A DNA stretch of 64,000 nucleotides, taken from a virus (lineage: Duplodnaviria; Caudoviricetes). Location of the stretch: positions 556-64,555 of the IMG/VR virus record IMGVR_UViG_3300031998_000083; one strand, given 5' to 3'. Made by a program: the position numbers and the translations under genes. Under the pieces are notes generated by a model. That model was not told where the DNA came from. It worked only from the letters and a program-made list of their open reading frames with translations, and searched no databases. This document shows, one piece after another, positions 45,977-55,125 of the stretch (the first letter of the stretch is position 1; the number at the start of each line of letters is the position of its first letter).

Positions 45977-46754
45977 AATGATTTCTATTTTGATCGTTAA
46001 TACTTATACCGTAGGCCTCGGCCAGCTGACGGATAGCGTCGCTGCCGTAGGAGTCCTTGGTAAGGTTGATAAACTCTCGGACGGTCATCTGACCGTTCTC
46101 GATATCGATAGAGTGTTCGCGGGCAAAGGCCTTGCGGCCTGCCTTACATGAACCTGTGAGTATATGGTGCCAGCGATATAGTTCCTTGACAGGGAGCTTG
46201 CTGTCAGGATCAAGGAATGTGTTCCTGAATCGGAATATCCTGTCCTCCAGCGGCATCTGTTCGTTGTACTTCTCCGAAGCTTCATCATACGCTTCACGCA
46301 ATGTCTCACCGTGAGCAAAGAAATCGCCCACTCTCGCAATGTAGATCGGTGTCAGTGTGAAGTCCTTGTTGAGTATGCTTCCCTTTGCATGGTTGCCAAG
46401 AACAGAGTCTATCAGCGTTGGCACACCATCGATCATATAGACCTTCTGACCGTTGAACTCAGGTATACCAGAGCCATCGCCATAGCCATCGCCATCGCCA
46501 TCGCCATAGCCATCGCCATCGCCAGAGCCATCGCCATCGCCAGAGCCATCGCCAGAGCCATCGCCATCGCCAGAGCCATCGCCATAGCCATAGCCAGAGC
46601 CAGAGCCAGAGCCATCGCCATAGCCATCGCCATCGCCATCGCCAGAGCCATCGCCAGAGCCATCGCCAGAGCCATCGCCATCGCCATCGCCATAGCCATC
46701 GCCATAGCTTACGGCAAGGAACTCCTTAATCTGTTCGTCTAATTGTTTCTCCAT
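45966..46754 (-). CDS. Gly-Asp/Tyr/Ser dipeptide-repeat protein
   Basis: ~40 G-X dipeptides followed by a globular domain (FAHGETLREA, HHILTGSCKAGR). Confidence 0.85.
   Translation of the reverse strand: MEKQLDEQIKEFLAVSYGDGYGDGDGDGSGDGSGDGSGDGDGDGYGDGSGSGSGYGYGDGSGDGDGSGDGSGDGDGSGDGDGYGDGDGDGYGDGSGIPEFNGQKVYMIDGVPTLIDSVLGNHAKGSILNKDFTLTPIYIARVGDFFAHGETLREAYDEASEKYNEQMPLEDRIFRFRNTFLDPDSKLPVKELYRWHHILTGSCKAGRKAFAREHSIDIENGQMTVREFINLTKDSYGSDAIRQLAEAYGISINDQNRNHYEK
46468..46708. repeat. 6-bp unit array (GCCATC/GCCATA/GCCAGA)
   Basis: Directly visible; encodes the GD/GY/GS tract. Confidence 0.95.
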
Positions 46755-47047
46755 ACTCTTACACTCTCAATCGACTTGATAGCTTCGTCGCTACATGGAA
46801 TGACTTCAATGACCTGCTCCACAACGTGGCTTGGTACCACCACAGAGAACTTGCAACTTTCGGGTTCTTTCACACCTTCTGTTGCCAACTGGCTCAGACT
46901 GGCAGCACCTCTCCAGTACCAGAGACGACGGCTGTTTTCAAGTTTCACCTCAACACCTGCCGGTGTGTAAAGTTTGTCTTTTAATGTTCCAAAGAACACT
47001 CCGGCTCTTGATGCGCGGATGATCACTTTTTTTCCGATTAATTCCAT
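46739..47047 (-). CDS. DUF6948-like protein
   Basis: 'VIIRASRAGVFFG...RRLWYWRGAASLSQLATEG...EVIPCSDEA'. Confidence 0.75.
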   Translation of the reverse strand: MELIGKKVIIRASRAGVFFGTLKDKLYTPAGVEVKLENSRRLWYWRGAASLSQLATEGVKEPESCKFSVVVPSHVVEQVIEVIPCSDEAIKSIESVRVWRNN

Positions 47048-47071
47048 AATGTTACTTGAATTTAATTAATA

Positions 47072-47560
47072 CTATTCGGGCTTCTTCCCGATTACCTTGT
47101 AAAACTTCTCTCTTTCGCGCTGCTCGGCGGCCTTGGTGATCTCGACGTGAGCGGAAGCGATAAGCTTGCGGCGCCAGACGTCTACATTTCCGACGTATTC
47201 TGCCACAAGCTTCCTGAACTCATCAAGACTTCTTACTACGGTATACCTGTACCCTGCAGCCTCAAACATATTTTGATAGTCCTTCTGACTCTGCGACAGT
47301 CTTCCAGTCTTTGTTTTCATCTCTATGCCAAGACCCATGAAAGATAGAGGACATCCACTCGGCATAAAGAGTAACAGATCCGGCACTCCAGCTACGGCTC
47401 CCTCGGCCTTGTGGATGCCCTGACGACGGCGGTCGGTCGTGGTGTGTCCGCTCCCCTCGTTGATGGGATGCGTCAGCAGCATGGCATACTGTGGATACTG
47501 CGCCCTGAACCATGCGACACATTGCTGCTGTAGTCTACTCTCTTCGTGATTCATAATCAT
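47072..47560 (-). CDS. VRR-NUC (PD-D/ExK) nuclease
   Basis: 'ESRLQQQCVAWFR...GVPDL...IEMKTKTGRLSQSQK'. Confidence 0.88.
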   Translation of the reverse strand: MIMNHEESRLQQQCVAWFRAQYPQYAMLLTHPINEGSGHTTTDRRRQGIHKAEGAVAGVPDLLLFMPSGCPLSFMGLGIEMKTKTGRLSQSQKDYQNMFEAAGYRYTVVRSLDEFRKLVAEYVGNVDVWRRKLIASAHVEITKAAEQREREKFYKVIGKKPE

Positions 47561-47805
47561 ACTTTCTGTTTGTTCAACTTCTTAACAGCCTCAGCCAGCT
47601 TATGTTCGGCCTTCCTGAGTTTCTTCTTCAGGTCGTCGATCGTTGCCTGCTGTTTCTTGATGGTACCTTCATTCTCGCCAAGCTCGAACTGGTACTTGTT
47701 GTAGTGACCTTTCAGCAGCTTATGAAGGTGTACGTTTGCAGCCTGCAGCTCGTTTAGATTCTTCTGCAGCTCGTTCCAAGTCTTTGTCTTAATAATCTTG
47801 ATCAT
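47557..47805 (-). CDS. Coiled-coil hypothetical protein
   Basis: Coupled ORF. Confidence 0.6.
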   Translation of the reverse strand: MIKIIKTKTWNELQKNLNELQAANVHLHKLLKGHYNKYQFELGENEGTIKKQQATIDDLKKKLRKAEHKLAEAVKKLNKQKV

Positions 47806-47808
47806 ACT

Positions 47809-48678
47809 CTATTTCATGTTTGGTTTCCAATTCTTGTCTGCGTTGTAGGCATCCATCCAGCTTACTACCGTTGTCTGCTGAGGCTGCATGGCCTCGTCGG
47901 CTGCCTGCGCTGCCTGCTGGGAGATCTTCCTCTTCCTGAGGTTGGCTCTCTCGAGGTATGCCTGGAAGTTCTTCGGCTCGAAGATGAACTGGAAGCGGGC
48001 GATGAATCCCGTCTTGTTCTCCCCCAGCGAGAACGGCTCCGTCAGGATCTGCTCAAACACCAGGTCGATGCTCTGCATGCCGAAGCGCCTGATACACTCC
48101 ATCACCATCATCCTCGTCGGCATCGTCAGGCGGATGCACTCGGGCAGCTTTCCGGCGAACGTCTTGTTATATCTCTTTTTCACTTCTAAGGCCACGTCTT
48201 CGCTCTCTCCCTCCTTCTTGTAAGAACTGTAAGGGCTTACAAGAATATTATCTTCCTTCTTCCTTCTTCCTTCTATTGTAGATATGTGTGTCGTGCCATC
48301 AGTAGTGCCAAGAGTAATGCCATCAGTAGTGCCAAGAGTAATGCCATCAGTCGAACCGAATAAGCTTTCCTGTGCGTCGTAACTATCATAGTCGCAGACC
48401 GTTACCACACTAAATCTGTTGTTCCCCCTAACGATTATCTCGCCGTAAGAAATAAGCCTTCTAAGCACTCTGTCTATCGTCCGGAGGCTCATGCCCGTCA
48501 GTTCCGACATCTCCGGACGGGTGATCGGGCATGACCCCCGACGGATGATCTGACCCTCGTAGCGCCCTTCGGTGACGTAGGCGCGCTCCTTCAGGAAGTG
48601 ATAGAGGTGTACCATCGTTGAATCCTTATACCATGGACGCTCCGACAGGTTGCGCTGCTGTTTGTACCATCCGCTCAT
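47809..48678 (-). CDS. Replication initiator (lambda O/DnaD-like)
   Basis: wHTH N-terminus (RGSCPITRPEMSELTG, NNRFSVVTVCDYD), internal iterons, C-terminal 'FQFIFEPKNF'; start MSGWYK overlaps the upstream stop. Confidence 0.8.
   Translation of the reverse strand: MSGWYKQQRNLSERPWYKDSTMVHLYHFLKERAYVTEGRYEGQIIRRGSCPITRPEMSELTGMSLRTIDRVLRRLISYGEIIVRGNNRFSVVTVCDYDSYDAQESLFGSTDGITLGTTDGITLGTTDGTTHISTIEGRRKKEDNILVSPYSSYKKEGESEDVALEVKKRYNKTFAGKLPECIRLTMPTRMMVMECIRRFGMQSIDLVFEQILTEPFSLGENKTGFIARFQFIFEPKNFQAYLERANLRKRKISQQAAQAADEAMQPQQTTVVSWMDAYNADKNWKPNMK
48241..48351. repeat. Probable origin: 24-bp iterons x2.4 plus adjacent CTTC-rich tract
   Basis: GCCATCAGTAGTGCCAAGAGTAAT at 48295 and 48319, partial at 48343, inside the rep gene. 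Confidence 0.7.
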
Positions 48679-48953
48679 GCTGCCTGTGCGCCTGCTGAGG
48701 GTTTCACTCTCACCTGGATGAACTTCTCGCCGTCGGTGTGCTTGTACATCGGGCAGATCCACTTCGTGCTGGCCACCATCACCTGATAGGGGAAGTGGGC
48801 GTTGCCGGTGTTCGGCTGCACGGTACACTGTGCCAGGATGGGGTTGCAGCCGTACCTGTGAAGGTTCGAGTGCAGACAGTCCATACAGCACACCACGTCG
48901 GTGTTCTTCTTCTCCTCCTTGTTGTTGACTCTCTTACAGTTAGTCCTTGTCAT
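48675..48953 (-). CDS. Cys-rich small protein
   Basis: CxxC...C motifs; strong AAAGGAGG SD. Confidence 0.7.
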   Translation of the reverse strand: MTRTNCKRVNNKEEKKNTDVVCCMDCLHSNLHRYGCNPILAQCTVQPNTGNAHFPYQVMVASTKWICPMYKHTDGEKFIQVRVKPSAGAQAA

Positions 48954-49131
48954 ATATGCCTCCTTTGAATGAATGTATTTTCACTTCTATCATGTGTACC
49001 CTTCTCAGCAGCCCCTCGAAGGCCTGTATGCCTATATTGGCCACTGTGCGGTGAAGCTCCGAGTAGAGCCTCAGCCTTTCGGCCTCCAGCTCATACCTCG
49101 CCCGTTCCCGTCTTGCCGTCACCTGTCTCAT
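48940..49131 (-). CDS. Small hypothetical protein
   Basis: Coupled ORF. Confidence 0.55.
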   Translation of the reverse strand: MRQVTARRERARYELEAERLRLYSELHRTVANIGIQAFEGLLRRVHMIEVKIHSFKGGIYDKD

Positions 49132-49358
49132 CTCAGCTCCTCATGATGTTGCTCCCACCAGTGGGCTATCTCCCTCTCCGACGGACGGGTGCCGTTCTTC
49201 AGCTTTGTCAGGGTGTCCTTCGCATAGTCGTATTCCTCACAGCTCATGCGCAGTATCACCTGCTCGGTATAGTCGCAGTCGCCAGCCCAGCCCAGCAGGG
49301 CGAAGAAGCCTATCGTCATGGCCACGGCGGCCAGCAGTTGTAGTCTGTACTTGTTCAT
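49128..49358 (-). CDS. Small exported/membrane protein
   Basis: Signal-like N-terminus. Confidence 0.6.
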   Translation of the reverse strand: MNKYRLQLLAAVAMTIGFFALLGWAGDCDYTEQVILRMSCEEYDYAKDTLTKLKNGTRPSEREIAHWWEQHHEELR

Positions 49359-49371
49359 AGTTCTAAAGTCT

Positions 49372-49692
49372 TTAACGTCTGATTCTGATCCTTATATTCC
49401 CGCTCTCGATGGCCTCGCGCACCTTTGCCTTGTCGAAGAGGACACGGCCCTCGATGGTGACAGGCTCGGGCAGGATGCCCTTCTTGCGGTAGTTCAGCAG
49501 CGTGGGCTGCGACACATGCAGCAGCGCAGCCAGCTCCTCCCTCGAGTAGTATTTCGGCTCGTCGCGCTCCTCTATGCGCTGCATGCCCCAGGCAATGAAG
49601 CTCTCGAAGCATTTGCGCAGGTCTTCTGCGTTCACCACCACCTGTATGTTGGCGGCGTTCGGCGAGTGTATGATATCGTTCAGGCTCATCAT
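49372..49692 (-). CDS. Excisionase-like HTH protein
   Basis: 'YYSREELAALLHVSQPTLLNYRKKG...GRVLF'. Confidence 0.8.
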   Translation of the reverse strand: MMSLNDIIHSPNAANIQVVVNAEDLRKCFESFIAWGMQRIEERDEPKYYSREELAALLHVSQPTLLNYRKKGILPEPVTIEGRVLFDKAKVREAIESGNIRIRIRR

Positions 49693-49697
49693 ATCCT

Positions 49698-49832
49698 TTA
49701 TGCCAATGTTACCGTGAACGACTTGATCTTACGCTTCTCCACCCTGCGGCCTAAGCTGCCGTAGTCCGGAGCCTCAACGACGTCGTGCTTCATCGTCCCG
49801 TCGTTATTCAATACGATTACCCTATACATCAT
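49698..49832 (-). CDS. 44-aa ORF (MMYRVIVLNNDG...)
   Basis: Fills the gap; start overlaps the upstream stop. Confidence 0.5.
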   Translation of the reverse strand: MMYRVIVLNNDGTMKHDVVEAPDYGSLGRRVEKRKIKSFTVTLA

Positions 49833-50077
49833 TTTAAAGCCCTTTCTCTTATGGATTTTAATCTGTCAAAATTTTCCTTCGAATCCTCATAACGGTAGAG
49901 TGATGCGGTATCAATCGTGCAGGGTGAATAGCGCTTTGATTTTTCCTCCCAGACATTGCATTTTGCCCTGTCATTCCAGCCTACTACCACCATCGTTATA
50001 ACAAAATCTCCCTGTCGGTTCTTCTTTGTGGTTCCGATTGGCAGCATTGTGTGGTCATACATATCACCTTTACTCAC
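49829..50077 (-). CDS. Hypothetical protein
   Basis: 82-aa ORF in the early operon. Confidence 0.55.
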   Translation of the reverse strand: MSKGDMYDHTMLPIGTTKKNRQGDFVITMVVVGWNDRAKCNVWEEKSKRYSPCTIDTASLYRYEDSKENFDRLKSIRERALK

Positions 50078-50138
50078 GTTCAGTCCTCCTGTTTGTTTCG
50101 TTTTATTATCTTAGTCCCTTACTCAGCAAATTCAGTGA

Positions 50139-50213
50139 ATTTGGTTACCAAATTCGGCGGTTTTGGTCACCAAATTCGGCGGTTTTGGTCACCAAATTCG
50201 CCGATTTTGGTCA
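50139..50213. repeat. 22-bp tandem repeat x3.4 with internal palindrome TTTGGTNACCAAA
   Basis: Units at 50139, 50161 and 50183, partial at 50205. Confidence 0.9.
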
Positions 50214-50348
50214 GACGCTCTGCCCTCCTCTTACGGTTAAGCCTTACGACCTCCTGTATCTTCCGGTGCAGATCTATGGTCTCCCTGACGTGCGCCATAT
50301 CGAGGACGGGCAGATCCACATAGTTGAAATCCGTGTTTTTACTTGCTT

Positions 50349-50744
50349 TCATGCCTCGTCCTCCTCTTCTTTATCTTCAATCTCACCATCCTGAATCTTA
50401 TCAATCAGGTCAGGATCCATAGCCCAGTAACGCTTTGCACGTCTCAAACACTTACGCCAGAACTTGATAAAGTCCATGATGCCATCCATATAATCCACCT
50501 CGTAATACTTACGGGTGTCTGGATCACGCAGAACAACGCGCTCATGACTGCTGCCATCATCGTAACGGTAGCTTAAAATACCATTCTCAACTTTGATATC
50601 ACCCAGCTTGAACGACGTAAATGGATCCTCGTAGAGTACTGCCACCTCTTCACCTGTCTCCTTCCGGAAAGCTTCAAGCTCCTCCTTAAACTTGTCAAGA
50701 GCTTTCAGGTGGCTCTTCTTAATGAAAATGTTTAAATCTGCCAT
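50349..50744 (-). CDS. Hypothetical protein (first gene after cro)
   Basis: 131 aa with an A/T-rich leader. Confidence 0.7.
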   Translation of the reverse strand: MADLNIFIKKSHLKALDKFKEELEAFRKETGEEVAVLYEDPFTSFKLGDIKVENGILSYRYDDGSSHERVVLRDPDTRKYYEVDYMDGIMDFIKFWRKCLRRAKRYWAMDPDLIDKIQDGEIEDKEEEDEA

Positions 50745-50778
50745 AATGAATGAATGTTTAAGTTACTAATAATTGTCT

Positions 50779-50970
50779 TTAAGGAATGACCTTGGTGGTT
50801 TCGATGCCTCCGTATTCGGCCAGCACCTTCTTCCTGGTCAGCTTGGCGTCTTCCGAGTTCGATGTGTAATTCAGAGCGGCGTAGAGCGTTGTCCTGCCGA
50901 TCTTCAGGGCGCTGCAGATGCTGTCAGCCTTGCCCCTAGGAATCACGATAACTTTTCTTCTTATTGCCAT
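50779..50970 (-). CDS. Cro-like HTH repressor
   Basis: 'ICSALKIGRTTLYAALNY'; divergent from cI. Confidence 0.75.
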   Translation of the reverse strand: MAIRRKVIVIPRGKADSICSALKIGRTTLYAALNYTSNSEDAKLTRKKVLAEYGGIETTKVIP

Positions 50971-51016
50971 AACAATTTTTATATTATAAATATTTTGAAA
51001 TCTCAGTAAAAATTCG

Positions 51017-51088
51017 TATCTTTGCACTCTGTACCGCTGTCGGAACACTTTCGGAACTAATTCGGAATAGGTTCGCAGTGCAAAGGTA
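51017..51088. promoter_or_regulatory. Face-to-face cI/cro promoters with three TCGGAA repeats
   Basis: TATCTTTG (+, 51017-24) and TACCTTTG (-, 51088-81); TCGGAA at 51040, 51051 and 51062. Confidence 0.7.
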
Positions 51089-51158
51089 AGAAATAATTTC
51101 TTATATTACTATATATTATTCAATAATTTAATAATATTTATAATATAACATTTCTTGT

Positions 51159-52121
51159 ATGAATAAAAAAGATCGATTTAACAAGGCATACAATTTCTTG
51201 AAATACGAAGGTGTTATCAAGAAACAGAGTGACGTTGCCAAAGCAATGAAAGCGTCGCAGTCGAATGTATCAAGTGCATTAAATGGAAAGGAGTCCGTCC
51301 TTACAGACAACTTCTTGATGCGCTTCTCTAGCGCTTTCAAGCAGATATCGCTAGACTGGCTTCTCAATGAGCAAGGACCGATGACAACGATCGTTCCGGA
51401 GTTCAAGGACGAGAATAAGCCTCAGATACTGGAAGGCAATGCTGACAAGGATGTGATAGCCGAGCAGTTTAAGATGACCGAGCGTATCAGGGAGCTGATC
51501 CATGAGACGGGCCATCTGCCTAAGACGTTCGCGCTAGAGGCAAACATCGAGGTAAACAACTTCCTCCGTAAGATGAAGGGAGAGTATGTGTGGTCGGTGG
51601 CCGACGTACATAAGATCTGCGACAACTTCCGAGTGCGAAAGAGCTGGCTTGTGGACGGTGAGGGGCAGAAATACCGGCTGCCCGACGAGGTGCTGGAGAC
51701 CATGCCTGCCCGTCGCTCCTACGACAAGAACGTAGGCATACCGTATTATAATGTGGACTTTGCTATGGGGTTTGATCCTGGCGTCAACGACCAGACGATC
51801 AATCCGCAGTACATGATAGACTTCGCCCCTTACAACCGTGCCGACTGCTGGTGTAATGCCAGCGGCGACTCCATGGCGCCAACGATAGCCAACGGCGATC
51901 TGATAGCCATCAAGGAGGTGCGCGACCCGTCATCATGCCTCATCAACGACGAGATCTACGCCATTGTCACCACCAACGACCTGCGAACCATCAAGCGCGT
52001 CCGCGACAATGGCGATACGGTGACGCTCATTCCTGACAATAAGGAATACTCCGAGCAGACCATCAGCAAGGAGCTGATCCTGAAGGTCTATAAGGTGATG
52101 GGGAGCATGAAGATGTTTTAA
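51159..52121 (+). CDS. CI-like repressor: two XRE HTH domains + S24 peptidase
   Basis: HTH1 ending LDWLLNEQG, HTH2 ending SWLVDGEG; S24 motifs SGDSMAP and TIKRV. Confidence 0.88.
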   Translation: MNKKDRFNKAYNFLKYEGVIKKQSDVAKAMKASQSNVSSALNGKESVLTDNFLMRFSSAFKQISLDWLLNEQGPMTTIVPEFKDENKPQILEGNADKDVIAEQFKMTERIRELIHETGHLPKTFALEANIEVNNFLRKMKGEYVWSVADVHKICDNFRVRKSWLVDGEGQKYRLPDEVLETMPARRSYDKNVGIPYYNVDFAMGFDPGVNDQTINPQYMIDFAPYNRADCWCNASGDSMAPTIANGDLIAIKEVRDPSSCLINDEIYAIVTTNDLRTIKRVRDNGDTVTLIPDNKEYSEQTISKELILKVYKVMGSMKMF

Positions 52122-52528
52122 GGCTTCTCCATACCGCAACAGGGGCAGACGATCCGACGGATAGCTGGGGCCATGCGCTGGCCGAGGAATCCCTGCAGGT
52201 ATGCCGGAGGCTCCCCGTAGTTCATCACGTCGTAGGCAGCCGTAATCTCATCCACTATATGCTTCGTCTCGTGCATGACGGTGTTGAAGAACTCCCCCCA
52301 GTTCCATGCACGCCCTATCAGCGTGATGCTCCTGCGTCGCGCTGGGTTACTCCACGTATAGCCGCGGTTCCACTCCTGCGTCATCAGGTGCCAGGTCTTC
52401 CCGATGTCCTCCTGCGGGCAGCCCAGCCTCACCATGGCCTCAGCCACGGCAGGCATGTCCTGTTCCAGCGGCACGTAGATCACCGTCGCCAGCCAGTACC
52501 CGTCGATATCGATTGTCTGCCAGATCAC
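52118..52528 (-). CDS. HExxH metallopeptidase-like protein
   Basis: VMHETKH followed by GEPPAYL.G. Confidence 0.7.
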   Translation of the reverse strand: MIWQTIDIDGYWLATVIYVPLEQDMPAVAEAMVRLGCPQEDIGKTWHLMTQEWNRGYTWSNPARRRSITLIGRAWNWGEFFNTVMHETKHIVDEITAAYDVMNYGEPPAYLQGFLGQRMAPAIRRIVCPCCGMEKP

Positions 52529-52932
52529 GCCATTTCCTCCCAGGGCACTTCCACCTTCTTACCTATGCAGTCGGCCAGCCATCGGCAGAAGGCGATGCCG
52601 TCGTAGCCGTCGGGATCGTCCAGCACGTCCTTGACATACTTTGCCAGGTGGTCCATGTCGGGCACGCTGTCGCCGAGGTAGTCGGCCAGTCCCATGTTGG
52701 CCACGAACACATGGTCGTGTCCCTTCAGGTTCTTGATCTCCACCTTCGAGTCCTTCAGCAGCCGCTCCACCTCCTGTTTTGTCAGCGCTTTGATGGGCCT
52801 GCCGTCCTCGCCCTGCATGCGGCTGACGGCAAACTCGCACAGGGCTGCGCTGAAGTGGCAGCCGTGTCTCCGCTTGTACTCCCTGAGTCCTTCCGGTGTC
52901 AGGTCGAGTATTGTCATGATGTCTTCGTACAT
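52525..52932 (-). CDS. Conserved phage protein of unknown function
   Basis: 'HGCHFSAALCEFAVSRM...ANMGLADYLG...DDPDGYDG...WLAD'. Confidence 0.75.
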   Translation of the reverse strand: MYEDIMTILDLTPEGLREYKRRHGCHFSAALCEFAVSRMQGEDGRPIKALTKQEVERLLKDSKVEIKNLKGHDHVFVANMGLADYLGDSVPDMDHLAKYVKDVLDDPDGYDGIAFCRWLADCIGKKVEVPWEEMA

Positions 52933-53010
52933 ATTTCAGCTTGTAATTCGTACATATTTCAGATAGGAAAATCAAAGGGGCGAGGCTCCTCTCCCCGCCC
53001 CTCCTGTAGT

Positions 53011-53466
53011 CTACATGCCTTGCATGTGCTGTCTAAGCTCCTGCATCTGGCGGTCAAGCTCCTGGAGCTTCTGCTCGTTCTTCTTTCGGAGTTCCTCGCG
53101 CTCCTCCCAGGTGCCCTCGTTACGATGCCATGCCCGGCCTCCACGACGGAAGTAGCTGCCGCCCCTCTCGTCCATGTCGCCACGGTAGCCTCCGCGGCCA
53201 TAGCCAGAGCCGCCGCCGTCCATACCTGAACCGCTGCGGTAGCTTCCGCTGCCTCCCTCACGGCTGATGCCGCTCAGGGCGTCCACGAACTGGTCGCCGT
53301 AGTCCTTCAGCTCGTCGGCCATCTGCTCGATCTCGGGGCCGCATCCGTCGCTGATCTCGTCGATGAAGTCGCGCAGCTTCTTCTTCACCTCGCGGGCCGA
53401 CAGCTTGCGTGTCTTGATGATCATTACGTTCTCGCTCATGTCTCTTGCGTTTTTAGTGGAGATCAC
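53011..53466 (-). CDS. Gly/Arg-rich small protein
   Basis: Helix, RGG-rich linker, coiled coil. Confidence 0.65.
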   Translation of the reverse strand: MISTKNARDMSENVMIIKTRKLSAREVKKKLRDFIDEISDGCGPEIEQMADELKDYGDQFVDALSGISREGGSGSYRSGSGMDGGGSGYGRGGYRGDMDERGGSYFRRGGRAWHRNEGTWEEREELRKKNEQKLQELDRQMQELRQHMQGM

Positions 53467-53990
53467 GGTCTCTTCTTCAGCAGCTCCAGTATCTCCTGTT
53501 GCGACTGCTGGATCTGTGCCGTCTGCTCCTTCAGCTCCCCGTACTGGGTCTTCAGGTTCTCGATGGTCTGGTCGCGCTCCTGGTCCTGTGCATACTTGCG
53601 GTTAAGCTGCTTGCGGATCGCGTCGTAGTCCTTGCGGGCGCTCTCATGCCAAGGGGTCTTGGCGATATGCTCCGCACTGGCCTTGTCGAGGTTGGCGACC
53701 TCCGTATCCATCAGTTCCGGACTCTCGGTGATGATCGTCGAGCCTCCGCGGTCCACTGCGCCTGTCGCGGGCACGTTGCGGAAAGTCCGCTGTCCTGTAG
53801 GTGTGGTCACGATGATATCCACCACCATCTCATGCTGCTGCCCGAAGGCGATTGACGCCAGCACCTGGTTAGGCTGCGCGTCCCTTGGTCTCGGCTGGCT
53901 CACGCTCTCCACCACTCCGTCCGTCACCGTCACATGGTCGCCCATGTCGAGAATGGTCAGATGGGCACCTTTAGCTAAATTTGAAAACAT
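53463..53990 (-). CDS. Conserved phage protein with C-terminal coiled coil
   Basis: 'MFSNLAKG..L.ILD' start; coupled. Confidence 0.75.
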   Translation of the reverse strand: MFSNLAKGAHLTILDMGDHVTVTDGVVESVSQPRPRDAQPNQVLASIAFGQQHEMVVDIIVTTPTGQRTFRNVPATGAVDRGGSTIITESPELMDTEVANLDKASAEHIAKTPWHESARKDYDAIRKQLNRKYAQDQERDQTIENLKTQYGELKEQTAQIQQSQQEILELLKKRP

Positions 53991-54073
53991 AATCTCCTGT
54001 TGTTTTTGTTACCTTTTTGATGAACTCTCTCAGAAAGGCCAGCAGGCGGCGGCAGTACCACCGCCAGCCGGTC

Positions 54074-55057
54074 CTATTTTGCTGCCGGGGTCTCGGTTGT
54101 CGCGCCCGTGCCGGTAGTGCCGTTGGTGTAGCCAAGCAGGCGTGCCACGAGCAGCGTGCCGATGAAGTCGCTGCCGATGGTTGCGATGCCTGTCGGTACG
54201 GCCTGGTACTGGTTGTTGGGCAGGGTGATCGTGGGAGGCTGGCAGCGCTTGATGGCCTCAACCTCTGAGTAGATGGCGTTCAGGCGGGCATCCGTCTGTG
54301 CCTGGCTCTGTCCGACGAGACCAGCAATGTACTGGTTCTGCTTCATCTGCGAGATCTCACCGTCCTTGGCAAGTGCGAGTGCGGTCAGCTCCTGGATCTT
54401 CGCGTTCTTGTCCTCGAGCTTGTCGTTGTACATCTGCTGGAGGATGGCGCGGTAGCCCTCGGTCTGGTTGTCCACGATGCGCTGGGTGTTCTCGTTGCCT
54501 GCGTTGATCAGGGCGTTGGTCTGCTGGCACATGGCCAGTGCCTGGTCCTTGCAGCAGTTGCAGAACTGGAGGGCGATGTCGCTCTGTCCCTTCTGGAGGG
54601 CCATCTGCAGCTGCATCACGCTCATGTTGTTCTGGGCTGCAAGCTGCACCATGGCGAGGTTGATGTTGGCAAGACCAGCCTGGATGGCGTCGGTGGAGGT
54701 ATTGAAGGCCTGTGCCAGCTCCACTACGCGGTTGCCTACGCCGGTGACATGCTCCATCAGTAGGTCGTTGCCGTGGTTGTTGTTCGCCATGTTGGCCAGG
54801 TAGGCCGTGGCTGCCGCGTCGCTGCCGCCACCACCGAAACCTCCGAAGCCGTTGCCGTAGCCGAACATGTTGGCCACGATGCCAAGGCCGAAGAGGCCGA
54901 GAACGCCGTCCCACATGCCGTTACCGCCGAAGATGCCTCCGTTGTTGCCCTTGTTCTGGTTGCCCATCACGGCAGCGAAGTCGGCAGGACTCCATCCGCT
55001 GCGGCCACCGAAACCGCCTTCAGAGGATCCCAAACTGATAATTTTCTCTTCTGTCAT
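54074..55057 (-). CDS. Gly-rich membrane-segment / CxCC coiled-coil phage protein
   Basis: GG-rich region plus TM segment, 'QFCNCCKDQ', Q/N-rich helices. Confidence 0.8.
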   Translation of the reverse strand: MTEEKIISLGSSEGGFGGRSGWSPADFAAVMGNQNKGNNGGIFGGNGMWDGVLGLFGLGIVANMFGYGNGFGGFGGGGSDAAATAYLANMANNNHGNDLLMEHVTGVGNRVVELAQAFNTSTDAIQAGLANINLAMVQLAAQNNMSVMQLQMALQKGQSDIALQFCNCCKDQALAMCQQTNALINAGNENTQRIVDNQTEGYRAILQQMYNDKLEDKNAKIQELTALALAKDGEISQMKQNQYIAGLVGQSQAQTDARLNAIYSEVEAIKRCQPPTITLPNNQYQAVPTGIATIGSDFIGTLLVARLLGYTNGTTGTGATTETPAAK

Positions 55058-55125
55058 TTTCTTGAAATTTGAGTAGTTGATAATAAGATGTTAATTCTCT
55101 CGGGTGTCATTGGCCTTTGACACCG

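Noticed and set aside
46311-46742. AIAIA... and MAMAM... ORFs
   Set aside because: Alternate frames of the 6-bp Gly-X array.
50139-50213. Possible CRISPR mini-array (also 13339-13426)
   Set aside because: Units are contiguous with no unique spacers; no cas genes.
50167-50352. 61-aa ORF running into the 22-bp array
   Set aside because: It may be real (coupled to 50349), but its end is defined by the repeat and it has no recognisable motif; not called.
52924-52962. 16-bp direct repeat duplicating a start-codon region (TTCGTACATATTTCAG)
   Set aside because: Real, but most simply a local duplication with no evidence of function.
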